DNA of 29,585 nucleotides, taken from assembly GCA_040005235.1 (NCBI GenBank), contig JBDTZG010000061.1, positions 1 to 29,585 on the forward strand, written 5' to 3'. This DNA comes from Acidobacteriota bacterium. Lineage in GTDB: Bacteria; Acidobacteriota; Thermoanaerobaculia; Multivoradales; UBA5704. The notes under the pieces were generated by a model. That model had not been told where the DNA came from. It saw only the letters and a list, made by a program, of their open reading frames with translations, and ran no database searches. Positions 1-8,609 of this stretch are shown here, piece after piece (within the stretch, counting starts at the first letter, position 1; every line of letters begins with the position of its first letter). Both the position numbers and the translations under genes were made by a program.

Positions 1-13
1 CTCTGCGGTCTTC

Positions 14-270
14 GAGAGCGGCTATCCGGCTCTGGATTCCGCCATCGCCCGTGGAGCCCCGCTATCGAGAACGGGATCGCTGGCATCGCTCCTCGAAAGC
101 CGCTATCGCTCGCGAAGAGCGACGTTGCGGCGGCTGCGAGCGGCAAGCAGTCTCGGATAGCCGCTCTACGTCAAGGAATCGCGCGTTTTTCCTTCTGCAT
201 CCCGGATTCCGCGCCGGACGCCCGAATCCAGCGGCGGAAAGCCGCTTTCGACGGTCGCGCCGCCGTGGCG
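14..270. repeat. Degenerate array of 13-bp pseudo-palindromes (consensus about GAWAGC-N-GCTWTC) with 20-21 bp period; probably continues past the left edge
   Basis: Best copies: gagagcggctatc 14-26, gaaagccgctatc 95-107, gatagccgctcta 156-168, gaaagccgctttc 237-249. Weaker copies are centred at 40, 60, 81, 121, 142, ~182, 203, 223 and 264. No convincing protein-coding ORF in this stretch. Confidence 0.6.
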
Positions 271-448
271 GCGGCCGCATTCGCCCAGCGGGACTCGCTG
301 AGCGCTCCCTCCGCCCGCAGATCGGCTGCCGTCACGCCATTGGCTCCGCCGAGGCGGACGACCACCAGGCTTTCCTGCTCCGAATCTCCGCACATCGAAG
401 ATTGAACTTTCGATCTGCGAAAGTTCGGCCCGTGCTGCCGCTTACGCT

Positions 449-2029
449 CTAAGGACCGCCAACCCCCGTCTCCACCTGCCACAAATACCGGTACGGCGAA
501 TACCACCCTTTGAGCGGCATTGCCGCGATCGGGTGAAGGCGAAGAGGGTGCTGCATGAACTTGGCCGTCCGGTCGAGCACGGGCTGGACGTCGGCGATGT
601 AATGGATGCCGTGTTCGGCGAGGTATTGGTCGAAGCGGTGGGCCCGGTAGTAGGGGAGTACGGTCGAGTTCACCAAGCCGTCGAGGTTGATCACTTGGCG
701 GTGGCTGTAGAAGGCGGGGATGCCGGCGTTGAAGCAGCCGATCGCCTGGCCCGGGGGGACGAGATCTTCGAATTGCCCTTGGGAGACCAGGAACTGAAAC
801 TGCCAAGGGTAGAGAGAGGGCGGATGCTGGTAGAACGACCGGGCTTCGTAGAGCGACAGCGCCAGGAGGAGCGCCGGCAGCGCTCGGCTGAAGAACAGGC
901 GCAGGCGCGTGGGCTCCACTTCCAGGCGGGCGATCCAGACGTAGGTCATCACGAAGATCAGGAGGGCCGGCTGGGCGAAGTACCAGATCTGGATTTCCCA
1001 GTGGAATAGGCCATAGACCAGGCCGGTCGTGACCATCACCGCGAGCAGCCAGACCGACCCGAACAGGACGGGCCGGTTCACCGGCTTGCGGCCGATCGCG
1101 AGCAGACCCAGCAGCGCCGGCAGTTTGGCCGCCCAGGTGAACGTGTTGATCTTCTGAAGCGGCGACGCCACCGTCGGAGTCCAGGGCGAGGAAAGCCATT
1201 TGACTCCGACGAAGGAGAGGGCGTGGCCGATCCGCTCGCCGAAGTCGAGGACGCCGAGGAAGCGGTCGCCCCAGAGCAGCTTGATCGCGCCGCTGCTCTG
1301 CCAGGGCGAGCCGGTCGCCACCCAGCAGAAGACGAACCAGGGGAGGACCAGGGCGGTAAAGACGATGCCGATCTCCAGCGCGGAGCGCACGCCGCGCCGC
1401 CAGGGAAGGCCCTTGAGGGCGGGAGCCGCGAGGAGGGTGAGTACCGCGAGAATCCCCGCCTCGGTGCGCGCCCAGAAGCAAAACGCGAGCGCAGCGCCGA
1501 GCTGGACGTGGAGCGCGAGCGATTCTCCCGGCTCGGCGACGAAACGCGCCACGGTGCGCAGCAGGACCACCAGCGCGAGTGCGTAGAGCGCCGATTCGAC
1601 CCCCTGGAGGCAGAGCAGGATCGCCAGCGGATTCGCGAGCCAACAGAGGCCGCCGATCAGCGCGAGGCCGGGGGAGGTATAGCGCCGGAACAGGCCGATC
1701 AGGGCGAACGCGGTCCCCGCGTGGAGCAGGAATTCGAGCGAAAGCGCGGCGCGCAGGAGCACCGAAGGGGATGGCCAGGCGGCGGCCACCGGGACGAGCA
1801 GCGCCATCCAGCCGGGGTGATAGCCGCTCGCGCGGTTCGTGCCGTCGAACGTCGAGCCGTCGCCCGCCGCGAAGTGGCGCGCGATCTGGTAATAGTAGAA
1901 GGCGTCGTCCGGGACGACGTCGAGCAGGATCTCTTCCGGCTGAGCCAGCAGACGCGAATGCTCGTACCCGATCGCGCCCAAGACGACCAGAAACGCCAGG
2001 CCGAACAGCGTTGCCCGCATCGATCGCAT
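449..2029 (-). CDS. Multi-pass membrane protein, GT-C fold glycosyltransferase-like (ArnT/PMT-like)
   Basis: N-terminal TM helix followed by DDAFYY, GYHPGW and RTEA motifs, about 11-12 hydrophobic segments and a soluble C-terminal domain (NLDGLVN). Start uncertain: ATG at 2020, 2029 or 2179. Confidence 0.7.
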   Translation of the reverse strand: MRSMRATLFGLAFLVVLGAIGYEHSRLLAQPEEILLDVVPDDAFYYYQIARHFAAGDGSTFDGTNRASGYHPGWMALLVPVAAAWPSPSVLLRAALSLEFLLHAGTAFALIGLFRRYTSPGLALIGGLCWLANPLAILLCLQGVESALYALALVVLLRTVARFVAEPGESLALHVQLGAALAFCFWARTEAGILAVLTLLAAPALKGLPWRRGVRSALEIGIVFTALVLPWFVFCWVATGSPWQSSGAIKLLWGDRFLGVLDFGERIGHALSFVGVKWLSSPWTPTVASPLQKINTFTWAAKLPALLGLLAIGRKPVNRPVLFGSVWLLAVMVTTGLVYGLFHWEIQIWYFAQPALLIFVMTYVWIARLEVEPTRLRLFFSRALPALLLALSLYEARSFYQHPPSLYPWQFQFLVSQGQFEDLVPPGQAIGCFNAGIPAFYSHRQVINLDGLVNSTVLPYYRAHRFDQYLAEHGIHYIADVQPVLDRTAKFMQHPLRLHPIAAMPLKGWYSPYRYLWQVETGVGGP

Positions 2030-2256
2030 CGATCGCCGCCAGGGTCGCACTCTGGCGCTTTCCGGGCCGGCCGAACCGTCGGGGTCTTCGAGTGCGGGTT
2101 CTTCGGGAGGCACCTTTGGATTGTGCCAGACGGCGAACGGCCGGGCAATTCGAGGGCTCCGGCACTCTCCGGCCCCCATGTTACGATCCTCGATCGGTCC
2201 GAACTGATTCGATCCCGCCGGTTTTCGCTCCGGCGTCAAGCCTTCGAGGAACCCGC

Positions 2257-4689
2257 ATGATGTCGTCGATCGCCGCGCCCGCCCCGCGACTTTCCCCCGA
2301 GCTCTCGCGCGAGAGCCTGCTCGCCGATTTTCGACTCGCCGTGCGCAGCCGCCACACCAGCTTGCTCGGCCGCCGCGAGGTGCTCACCGGCAAGGCGAAA
2401 TTCGGCATCTTCGGGGACGGCAAGGAGATCGCCCAGTTGGCGCTCGCCCGCGCTTTTCGGCCGGGAGACGTGCGCTCCGGCTACTACCGCGACCAGACCC
2501 TGATGATGGCGCTCGGCCTGCTCTCGGTCGAGCAGTTCTTCGCCCAGCTTTACGCCGACGCCGACTCCGAGCGCGAGCCCTGCTCCGCCGGCCGTTCGAT
2601 GACCGCCCACTTCGCGACCTGGATGGTGGACGAGCACGGCGAGTTTCTGCCCCAGACCGATCGATTCAATTCCTCGGCGGACGTGTCGCCCACGGGGTCG
2701 CAGATGCCGCGGCTGGTCGGCCTCGCTCAGGCTTCGAAGCTCTATCGCGAGCTGCCGGCTCTCTTTGACCGCACGGGATTTTCGATCGGCGGCCGGGAGA
2801 TCGCCTGGGGCACGATCGGCAATGCGAGCTGCGCCGAGGGGATGGTCTGGGAGTCGATCAACGCCGCTTGCGTTCTGCGCGTGCCGATGGTGCTGTCGAT
2901 CTGGGATGACGGTTACGGCATCTCGGTGCCGAACGAGATGCAGATCGCCAAGGGGGACCTTTCCGCACTGCTCGAAGGGTTCCGCCGTGCGCCGGGCACC
3001 CGCGACGGGCTCGATCTTTACAACGTCAAGGGCTGGGACTATCCCGCCCTGATCGAGACCTACCTCGCCGCGGCCGAGATCTCCCGGCGCGACCACGTGC
3101 CCGCGGTGATCCACGTCACCGAGATCACCCAGCCGCAGGGGCATTCGACCTCCGGTAGCCACGAGCGCTACAAGTCGAAGGAGCGTTTGGAGTGGGAGGT
3201 CGAGTTCGACGGCGTCAAGCGGATGCGCGAGTGGATGGTCCGCGAAGGGCTCGCCGAGACGGAGCAGCTCGCCGCGATCGACGAAGAGGAGCGGATTGCA
3301 GTGCGCGACGCCCAACGCCGCGCCTGGGACGCGTTCCGTTCGCCGATCGAAGCCGAAAAATCGTTCGTGCTCGGTCTGCTCGGCGAGGTTGCGGCGGAAG
3401 CCGGCGGCGCCGAAGCGGGCGGTGCCGAGGTCGCGAAGATCGCCGACGACCTCAAGCGCCAGCAGGCCGCGTTCCGGCGCGATGTTTCGGCCGCCGCCCA
3501 CGCGGCCCGAGTGGCGACGGCGGGCCGCGCCCACGGCCCGGCGGCGGAGCGCCTCGCCGGCTGGCGCCGGGGTTTCGATGCAGCGAATTCCGACCTTTAC
3601 GGCGCCCACCTGACCAGCGAGACGCCGCGCTCGCCCCTCGTGCAGCCAATCGTGCCGGCCCGTTACGGGGACGACTCGCCGCTGGTGAACGGATTCGAGG
3701 TGCTGACAGCCTGTTTCGACGCCGCGCTCGCGCGCTACCCCGAGCTGGTGGCGATGGGAGAAGACCTCGGCCAGCTCGGCGACGTGAACCAGGGTTTCCT
3801 CGGCCTCCAGGCGAAGTATGGCGAGCTGCGCGTGGCCGACACCGGCATCCGGGAGACGACGATCCTCGGCCAGGCGATCGGCCTCGCGATGCGCGGCATC
3901 CGGCCGATCGCCGAGATCCAGTATCTTGATTACATCCTCTATGCCTTGCAGATCCTGTCGGACGATCTCGCGACGCTGCGCTACCGCTCGGCGGGCAAGC
4001 AGGCGGCGCCGGTGATCGTGCGCACCCGCGGCCATCGCCTGGAAGGGATCTGGCATTCGGGCTCGCCGATGGCCGGGGTGATCCATCTCGTCCGCGGAAT
4101 CCACGTCTGCGTGCCGCGCAACATGACCCAGGCCGCCGGGATGTACAACCTCCTGCTCCAGGGCGACGACCCCGGCATCGTGGTCGAGGTGCTGAACGGT
4201 TACCGCTTGAAGGAGCGCCTTCCCGCCAACATCGGCGAATTCACCGTCCCGCTCGGCGTGCCGGAAGTTTTGCGCGAAGGGGGCGACGTCACAGTCGTCA
4301 CCTACGGCGCCTGCTGCAAGATCGCGCTAGAAGCCGCAGAAGCGCTCGCCCGGGTGGGGGTCGAAACCGAAGTGATCGACGTCCAGACCCTCCTCCCCTT
4401 CGACCGCGACGCGCGGATCGTCGAATCGCTCAAGAAGACCAACCGCCTCCTCTGCCTCGACGAAGACGTCCCTGGCGGCGCCAGCGCCTCGATGCTCCAG
4501 CAGATCCTCGAAATGCAGGGGGGATACCACTGGCTCGACGCGGCCCCGAAAACTCTCGCCGCCGAAGCCCACCGGCCCGCCTACGGCTCCGACGGCGACT
4601 ACTGGTCCAAGCCCAACCGAGAGTCGATCTTCGACACGGTGTACGCCATCGCCCACGAAAGCGACCCGCGCCGCTGGCCGGAGCTGTAG
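2257..4689 (+). CDS. 2-oxoacid (branched-chain/pyruvate) dehydrogenase E1, fused alpha+beta subunits (TPP-dependent)
   Basis: GKAKFGIFGDGKE, GYYRDQT, TPP-binding region GNASCAEG...WDDGYGIS, HSTSGSHERY, and beta-type motifs DTGIRETTILG and EIQYLDY. RBS gagga at 2246-2250 supports a start at 2257/2260, not the ORF-track start at 1579. Confidence 0.9.
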   Translation: MMSSIAAPAPRLSPELSRESLLADFRLAVRSRHTSLLGRREVLTGKAKFGIFGDGKEIAQLALARAFRPGDVRSGYYRDQTLMMALGLLSVEQFFAQLYADADSEREPCSAGRSMTAHFATWMVDEHGEFLPQTDRFNSSADVSPTGSQMPRLVGLAQASKLYRELPALFDRTGFSIGGREIAWGTIGNASCAEGMVWESINAACVLRVPMVLSIWDDGYGISVPNEMQIAKGDLSALLEGFRRAPGTRDGLDLYNVKGWDYPALIETYLAAAEISRRDHVPAVIHVTEITQPQGHSTSGSHERYKSKERLEWEVEFDGVKRMREWMVREGLAETEQLAAIDEEERIAVRDAQRRAWDAFRSPIEAEKSFVLGLLGEVAAEAGGAEAGGAEVAKIADDLKRQQAAFRRDVSAAAHAARVATAGRAHGPAAERLAGWRRGFDAANSDLYGAHLTSETPRSPLVQPIVPARYGDDSPLVNGFEVLTACFDAALARYPELVAMGEDLGQLGDVNQGFLGLQAKYGELRVADTGIRETTILGQAIGLAMRGIRPIAEIQYLDYILYALQILSDDLATLRYRSAGKQAAPVIVRTRGHRLEGIWHSGSPMAGVIHLVRGIHVCVPRNMTQAAGMYNLLLQGDDPGIVVEVLNGYRLKERLPANIGEFTVPLGVPEVLREGGDVTVVTYGACCKIALEAAEALARVGVETEVIDVQTLLPFDRDARIVESLKKTNRLLCLDEDVPGGASASMLQQILEMQGGYHWLDAAPKTLAAEAHRPAYGSDGDYWSKPNRESIFDTVYAIAHESDPRRWPEL

Positions 4690-4695
4690 AAGGCG

Positions 4696-5868
4696 ATGGA
4701 AGGCAAGCGCTTCCTCCGCTCGATCGAGCTCAAGAACCTCCTCTCGTATGGACCGGAGGGGGTGAAGCTGGAGCTGGAGCCTTTGAACGTCCTGATCGGC
4801 GCGAATGCCACCGGCAAGAGCAATCTGATCCAGGCGCTGCGATTGCTGCAAGCCGCACCAAACGATCTGGCGGTGCCGATCCGTGAGGGAGGCGGAATTG
4901 GGGAGTGGTTCTGGAAGGGATCCACGGACGAAGCTTCGAAGAGAGCCACGATAGAGTGTCTAGTCTTTGCTGATAACAAGAGTTGGCCTCTCAGATACTC
5001 TCTAACAGTGACCTCATCTAGTCAGGAAAGGCCTGAAGTTCTCAGCGAGACGATCGACCGCCCACTTGATAATGAAGACAGGTTGATCTATTACACTCTC
5101 CCTCCTGAGGGTGGGGCGAGCGTAAATTCTGGCACCGGCGCGTTGGTAGGAATGGACGTGGTCCGGTCGAAATCAATCCTCGCCCAGATCAACGACAGAC
5201 TACATTTTCCGGAAATCACCCTGCTGAGGGAGGCAATTTCACAAGTTCGCTTCTTCGGCGATATGGCGCTTGGAATGTCCGCTCGAATTCCGCAGGCCGC
5301 TGACCTCCTGGACGATTTCCTGTTCGAAGACGGGATGAATCTCGGGGTCATTTTGAGCGACCTCCTTAATCGACCCTCCACGAAAAGTGAACTCCTCCAG
5401 AAACTCGGGTTGTTCTACCCTCGAGTTCGGGATCTAGGGGTTAGGGTACGGGGTGGTACCGTTCAAGTGTACTTTCATGAAGAAGGCTTCTCTGCTCCTG
5501 TTCCGGCCAGGCGTCTCTCCGATGGCACGCTCCACTACCTCTGCCTTCTCGCAATCCTCCTCCACCCGGAGCCGCCTCCGCTCGTCTGCATCGAGGAGCC
5601 GGAGCTGGGTCTTCATCCGGACGCTGTTTCCGCGGTAGCCGAACTGTTGATCGAGGCGTCGAAGCGAACCCAGTTGATCGTGACGACCCACTCGGATGCA
5701 CTCGTCGCCGGTCTTTCCGAAGTCCCCGAGGCCGTGGTGGTCGCCGAAAGGGGAGACGGAGGAACGTCTCTTCGGCGATTGGAACCAGCCAAACTCGAGA
5801 AGTGGCTTGAGGAGTATCGGCTCGGCGATCTTTGGCGGATGGGCGAGCTCGGTGGGAACCGATGGTGA
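4696..5868 (+). CDS. ABC-type ATPase (AAA_21/COG4637-like)
   Basis: Walker A GANATGKS, signature LSDGT, Walker B IEEPE, H-loop TTHS, C-terminal LGDLWRMGELGG. The interior is visibly more AT-rich than its flanks. Confidence 0.88.
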   Translation: MEGKRFLRSIELKNLLSYGPEGVKLELEPLNVLIGANATGKSNLIQALRLLQAAPNDLAVPIREGGGIGEWFWKGSTDEASKRATIECLVFADNKSWPLRYSLTVTSSSQERPEVLSETIDRPLDNEDRLIYYTLPPEGGASVNSGTGALVGMDVVRSKSILAQINDRLHFPEITLLREAISQVRFFGDMALGMSARIPQAADLLDDFLFEDGMNLGVILSDLLNRPSTKSELLQKLGLFYPRVRDLGVRVRGGTVQVYFHEEGFSAPVPARRLSDGTLHYLCLLAILLHPEPPPLVCIEEPELGLHPDAVSAVAELLIEASKRTQLIVTTHSDALVAGLSEVPEAVVVAERGDGGTSLRRLEPAKLEKWLEEYRLGDLWRMGELGGNRW

Positions 5869-6461
5869 GGGAGGTCCGAGTCTACGTCGAAGGCGGCGGC
5901 GACAGCCGTGACTCCAAAGACGCGATCCGAAAAGGATTTCGCCATTTATTTCAGAAGGTCGGAATCGGAGCGCAGGTGATCGCCTGCGGGCGGCGGGACA
6001 AAGCGTTCAAGGACTGGAAGCTCGCGTTGTTTTCCCACCCGGACGCTTTCAATCTCTTGCTCGTCGATGCCGAAGGAGCCGTCAGGGAGGGCTCCTCGTC
6101 TTGGAACCACCTCAAGACAACCGACCCCTCATGGCAGCCGCCTCTCCTCTCCGAAGAGCATTGCCACCTGATGGTCCAGGTCATGGAGGCGTGGTTCATC
6201 GCAGATCCCGAAGCGCTCGCGGCGTATTACGGCCAGAGATTCGGCGCGAGCGCCCTACCGGGGCGGCAGAACGTCGAAGAGATCCCCAAGGGCGAGGTCG
6301 AAAGCTCGCTCAAAAGCGCCACGAAACGCACCCAAAAGGGCGAGTACCACAAGATCCGTCACGCCTCCGACCTGCTCGCGCGGATCGATCCGGCGAAGGT
6401 CCGAAAGCGCGCGCCGCACTGCGAGCGCCTGCTGACGACGCTCGCCAACGTCGGCGCCTGA
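5862..6461 (+). CDS. DUF4276-family (TOPRIM-like) protein, partner of the upstream ATPase
   Basis: VYVEGG, LLVDAE, MEAWFIAD and YHKIRHA motifs. ATG at 5862 overlaps the end of the ATPase gene, suggesting translational coupling. Confidence 0.8.
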   Translation: MVREVRVYVEGGGDSRDSKDAIRKGFRHLFQKVGIGAQVIACGRRDKAFKDWKLALFSHPDAFNLLLVDAEGAVREGSSSWNHLKTTDPSWQPPLLSEEHCHLMVQVMEAWFIADPEALAAYYGQRFGASALPGRQNVEEIPKGEVESSLKSATKRTQKGEYHKIRHASDLLARIDPAKVRKRAPHCERLLTTLANVGA

Positions 6462-6467
6462 CCGTCC

Positions 6468-6809
6468 TTACCCCGCCGTCGGCCCTTCCAGCTCCTCTTC
6501 TATGAACTCGTTGAGCTTCTTCTCCTGATCCGGCGGCAGCCCTTCGAAGGCCACTCCGACGCGGAATCTCCGGGTTTTCGGGGCTCGCTGGTCCTCTCCG
6601 ACGAAGATCACTTTGCCGCCGGGGTGGAAGTCCGAGCCGTGAAAGGTCAGATCGAGGTCGATCCCCTGGCCGAGGCGGGGCTCGAAATCGGTTGCGATCA
6701 GCATTCCGCCACGGGAGAGCTGGAGGACGACGAACTCACTGCGCGCGGTCAAACCACCTTTGAGACCCGCCACCGAATAGCGGGGAAATCTTCTTCGTTC
6801 CTTGTCCAC
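6468..6809 (-). CDS. Single-domain PilZ protein (putative c-di-GMP receptor)
   Basis: ERRRFPR (RxxxR), QLSRGG (variant of D/NxSxxG) and GVAF. GTG at 6809 is preceded by GGAGG (6821-6817). Confidence 0.8.
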   Translation of the reverse strand: MDKERRRFPRYSVAGLKGGLTARSEFVVLQLSRGGMLIATDFEPRLGQGIDLDLTFHGSDFHPGGKVIFVGEDQRAPKTRRFRVGVAFEGLPPDQEKKLNEFIEEELEGPTAG

Positions 6810-7025
6810 CCTGCTACCTCCCGACAAAATGACTCAAAAGCCAGTTTCAATGTCAGATTCGATGTCATCTTAATCCTGTAGTGCGCGCCGAGGTCCTGGG
6901 CGATCCGCCCGGGGTAGAATCCGGGGCCCGGGGCGGGACCGGCGAAACTACGACCGTCGGCCGGTAGTGCTACGCGGAAATCCGTCGGCGGTTATCATCC
7001 GAGCCATGAAACGAAGGAAGCGGCC

Positions 7026-8609
7026 ATGACGAGCGAGCGGCGATACGACGTAGTGATCCTGGGCGGAGCGATCAGTGGCGGGGCGGCGGCCCTGCTGCTC
7101 AAGCGCGAGCGCCCCGAGCTCAAGGTCCTGGTGGTCGAAAAGCAGGCGGAGTTCGACGCCAAGGTGGGAGAGGCGACGACCGAGATGTCGGCCATGTTCC
7201 TGACCCGCCGGTTGGCGCTCTGGCAACACCTCGAACGCGAGCAGCTCCGGAAGGAAGGGCTGCGTTTCTGGTTCTCCAATTCGCGGGTAAAAAGCCACGC
7301 CGAGGCGAGCGAGTGCGGACCGCATCAGCAGACCGCCGTGCCGACCTTTCAGCTGCGCCGCGATGCGCTCGACGAGCACGTCCTCGCGACCGCGGTGGCC
7401 GAAGGGGCCGAGCTGATGCGTCCGGCGCGGGTCGGGAACGTCGAGGTGGGCGAGTTCGACCATCGGGTGACGATCGATACCAAAGCCGGGCGCGAGACGG
7501 TCGCCTGCCGCTGGGTGCTCGACGCCACGGGCCGCGCGACCGTTTTAGGTAAAAAGTTGGGGCTGATCGACCGCAACGAGGACCATCCGACGAGCGCGGT
7601 CTGGGCGCGCTGGGAAAACGTAGTTCACATCGACGAGCTCGCCGCCCGCGCGGGGGGTGCTTTGGCCGCCAGCAACGTGTGCACGCGTCGGCTGGCGACG
7701 AACCACTATCTGGGGCGCGGCTATTGGGTTTGGGTCATCCCGCTGCACAACGGCGAGACGTCGATCGGCGTGGTCTATGACCGCCGCTTGATGTCGCTCG
7801 AAATCTCCGGCAGCGGGCGGGCCGCCTCATACGAGGCGCATCTGCAAAGCATTCCGGCGCTCGCCGAGCTGCTGGTCGGCGCGCGCATGCGCACCGACGA
7901 TCTTCGATCGTACTCGCACCTCGCCTACGCCACCCGGCAGTACATGGGCTCCGGCTGGGCTCTGATGGGCGACGCCGCCGTGTTCATCGATCCGTTCTAC
8001 TCTCCGGGGCTCGACCACATGGCGTTTTCGGTCGAGGCGACGGTGGCGATCGTGCTCGCCGAGACCGCGGGAGAGGACGTGACCGAGCGGATCGCCGAGC
8101 ACAATCGGGTCTTCCTACGCTCGTATTGGCGGTTCTTCGAGGGGATCTACCGCGACAAGTACTACTACATGGGCGAGTACGACCTGGCGTCGGCCTCTTT
8201 GTTGATCGACACCGGCCAGTATTTCCTCTTCCTGGTCAACCCCGCCTATCGGCACTTCAAGCGCTTCCATTGGGTACCGGTGCTGGGGCCGAAAGAGGCG
8301 TTCATCAGCTACAAGATGCTCCTCCTGTACAACCGGCGCTTCAAGGCGATCGCCGAAGCGCGGCGCGCGCTCGGTACCGCCGGGGAGCGCAACGACGGCC
8401 GGCGCCTCGTCGCGCGCTTCGAGCTGGGCACCGCCGGAGCGAAGATGGTCGCGCGCGGCTTGAAGCTCTGGCTGTTCGCCGAGGTCGACCTGCTTCGCCA
8501 GCGAATGCTGGCGCCGTTTCGGCGTCGTCGGCCGATGCCGGAGATGATGGAAGAAGCGATGCCTGCTATGTCTTCGCGTCGTCCGGAGCCGGGCGCCGAA
8601 TCGACCTGA
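7026..8609 (+). CDS. Flavin-dependent halogenase-like oxidoreductase (Trp_halogenase family)
   Basis: FAD-binding YDVVILGGAISG, KVGEAT, Lys in RKEGLRFWF, the halogenase hallmark WxWxIP (GYWVWVIPL) and GDAAVFIDPFYSPG. Confidence 0.8.
   Translation: MTSERRYDVVILGGAISGGAAALLLKRERPELKVLVVEKQAEFDAKVGEATTEMSAMFLTRRLALWQHLEREQLRKEGLRFWFSNSRVKSHAEASECGPHQQTAVPTFQLRRDALDEHVLATAVAEGAELMRPARVGNVEVGEFDHRVTIDTKAGRETVACRWVLDATGRATVLGKKLGLIDRNEDHPTSAVWARWENVVHIDELAARAGGALAASNVCTRRLATNHYLGRGYWVWVIPLHNGETSIGVVYDRRLMSLEISGSGRAASYEAHLQSIPALAELLVGARMRTDDLRSYSHLAYATRQYMGSGWALMGDAAVFIDPFYSPGLDHMAFSVEATVAIVLAETAGEDVTERIAEHNRVFLRSYWRFFEGIYRDKYYYMGEYDLASASLLIDTGQYFLFLVNPAYRHFKRFHWVPVLGPKEAFISYKMLLLYNRRFKAIAEARRALGTAGERNDGRRLVARFELGTAGAKMVARGLKLWLFAEVDLLRQRMLAPFRRRRPMPEMMEEAMPAMSSRRPEPGAEST

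Noticed and set aside
1-270. CRISPR array or coding interpretation of the left-edge repeats
   Set aside because: Units are 13 bp, degenerate and separated by ~7 bp; no cas genes; the ORFs there (51-452, 62-280, 166-393) lack protein-like features.
1579-2256. N-terminal extension of the E1 ORF in the ORF track
   Set aside because: Arg-rich low-information sequence overlapping the opposite-strand gene; the RBS supports a start at 2257.
2815-2925. TPP motif reads GNAS rather than GDG
   Set aside because: As I recall, this is usual for this ~800-aa fused E1 subfamily and is not a sign of inactivation.
8566-8609. Functional link between halogenase and CHAT protease from their 44-bp tail overlap
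   Set aside because: Short convergent overlaps are common in GC-rich genomes, and the two proteins are predicted to be in different compartments.
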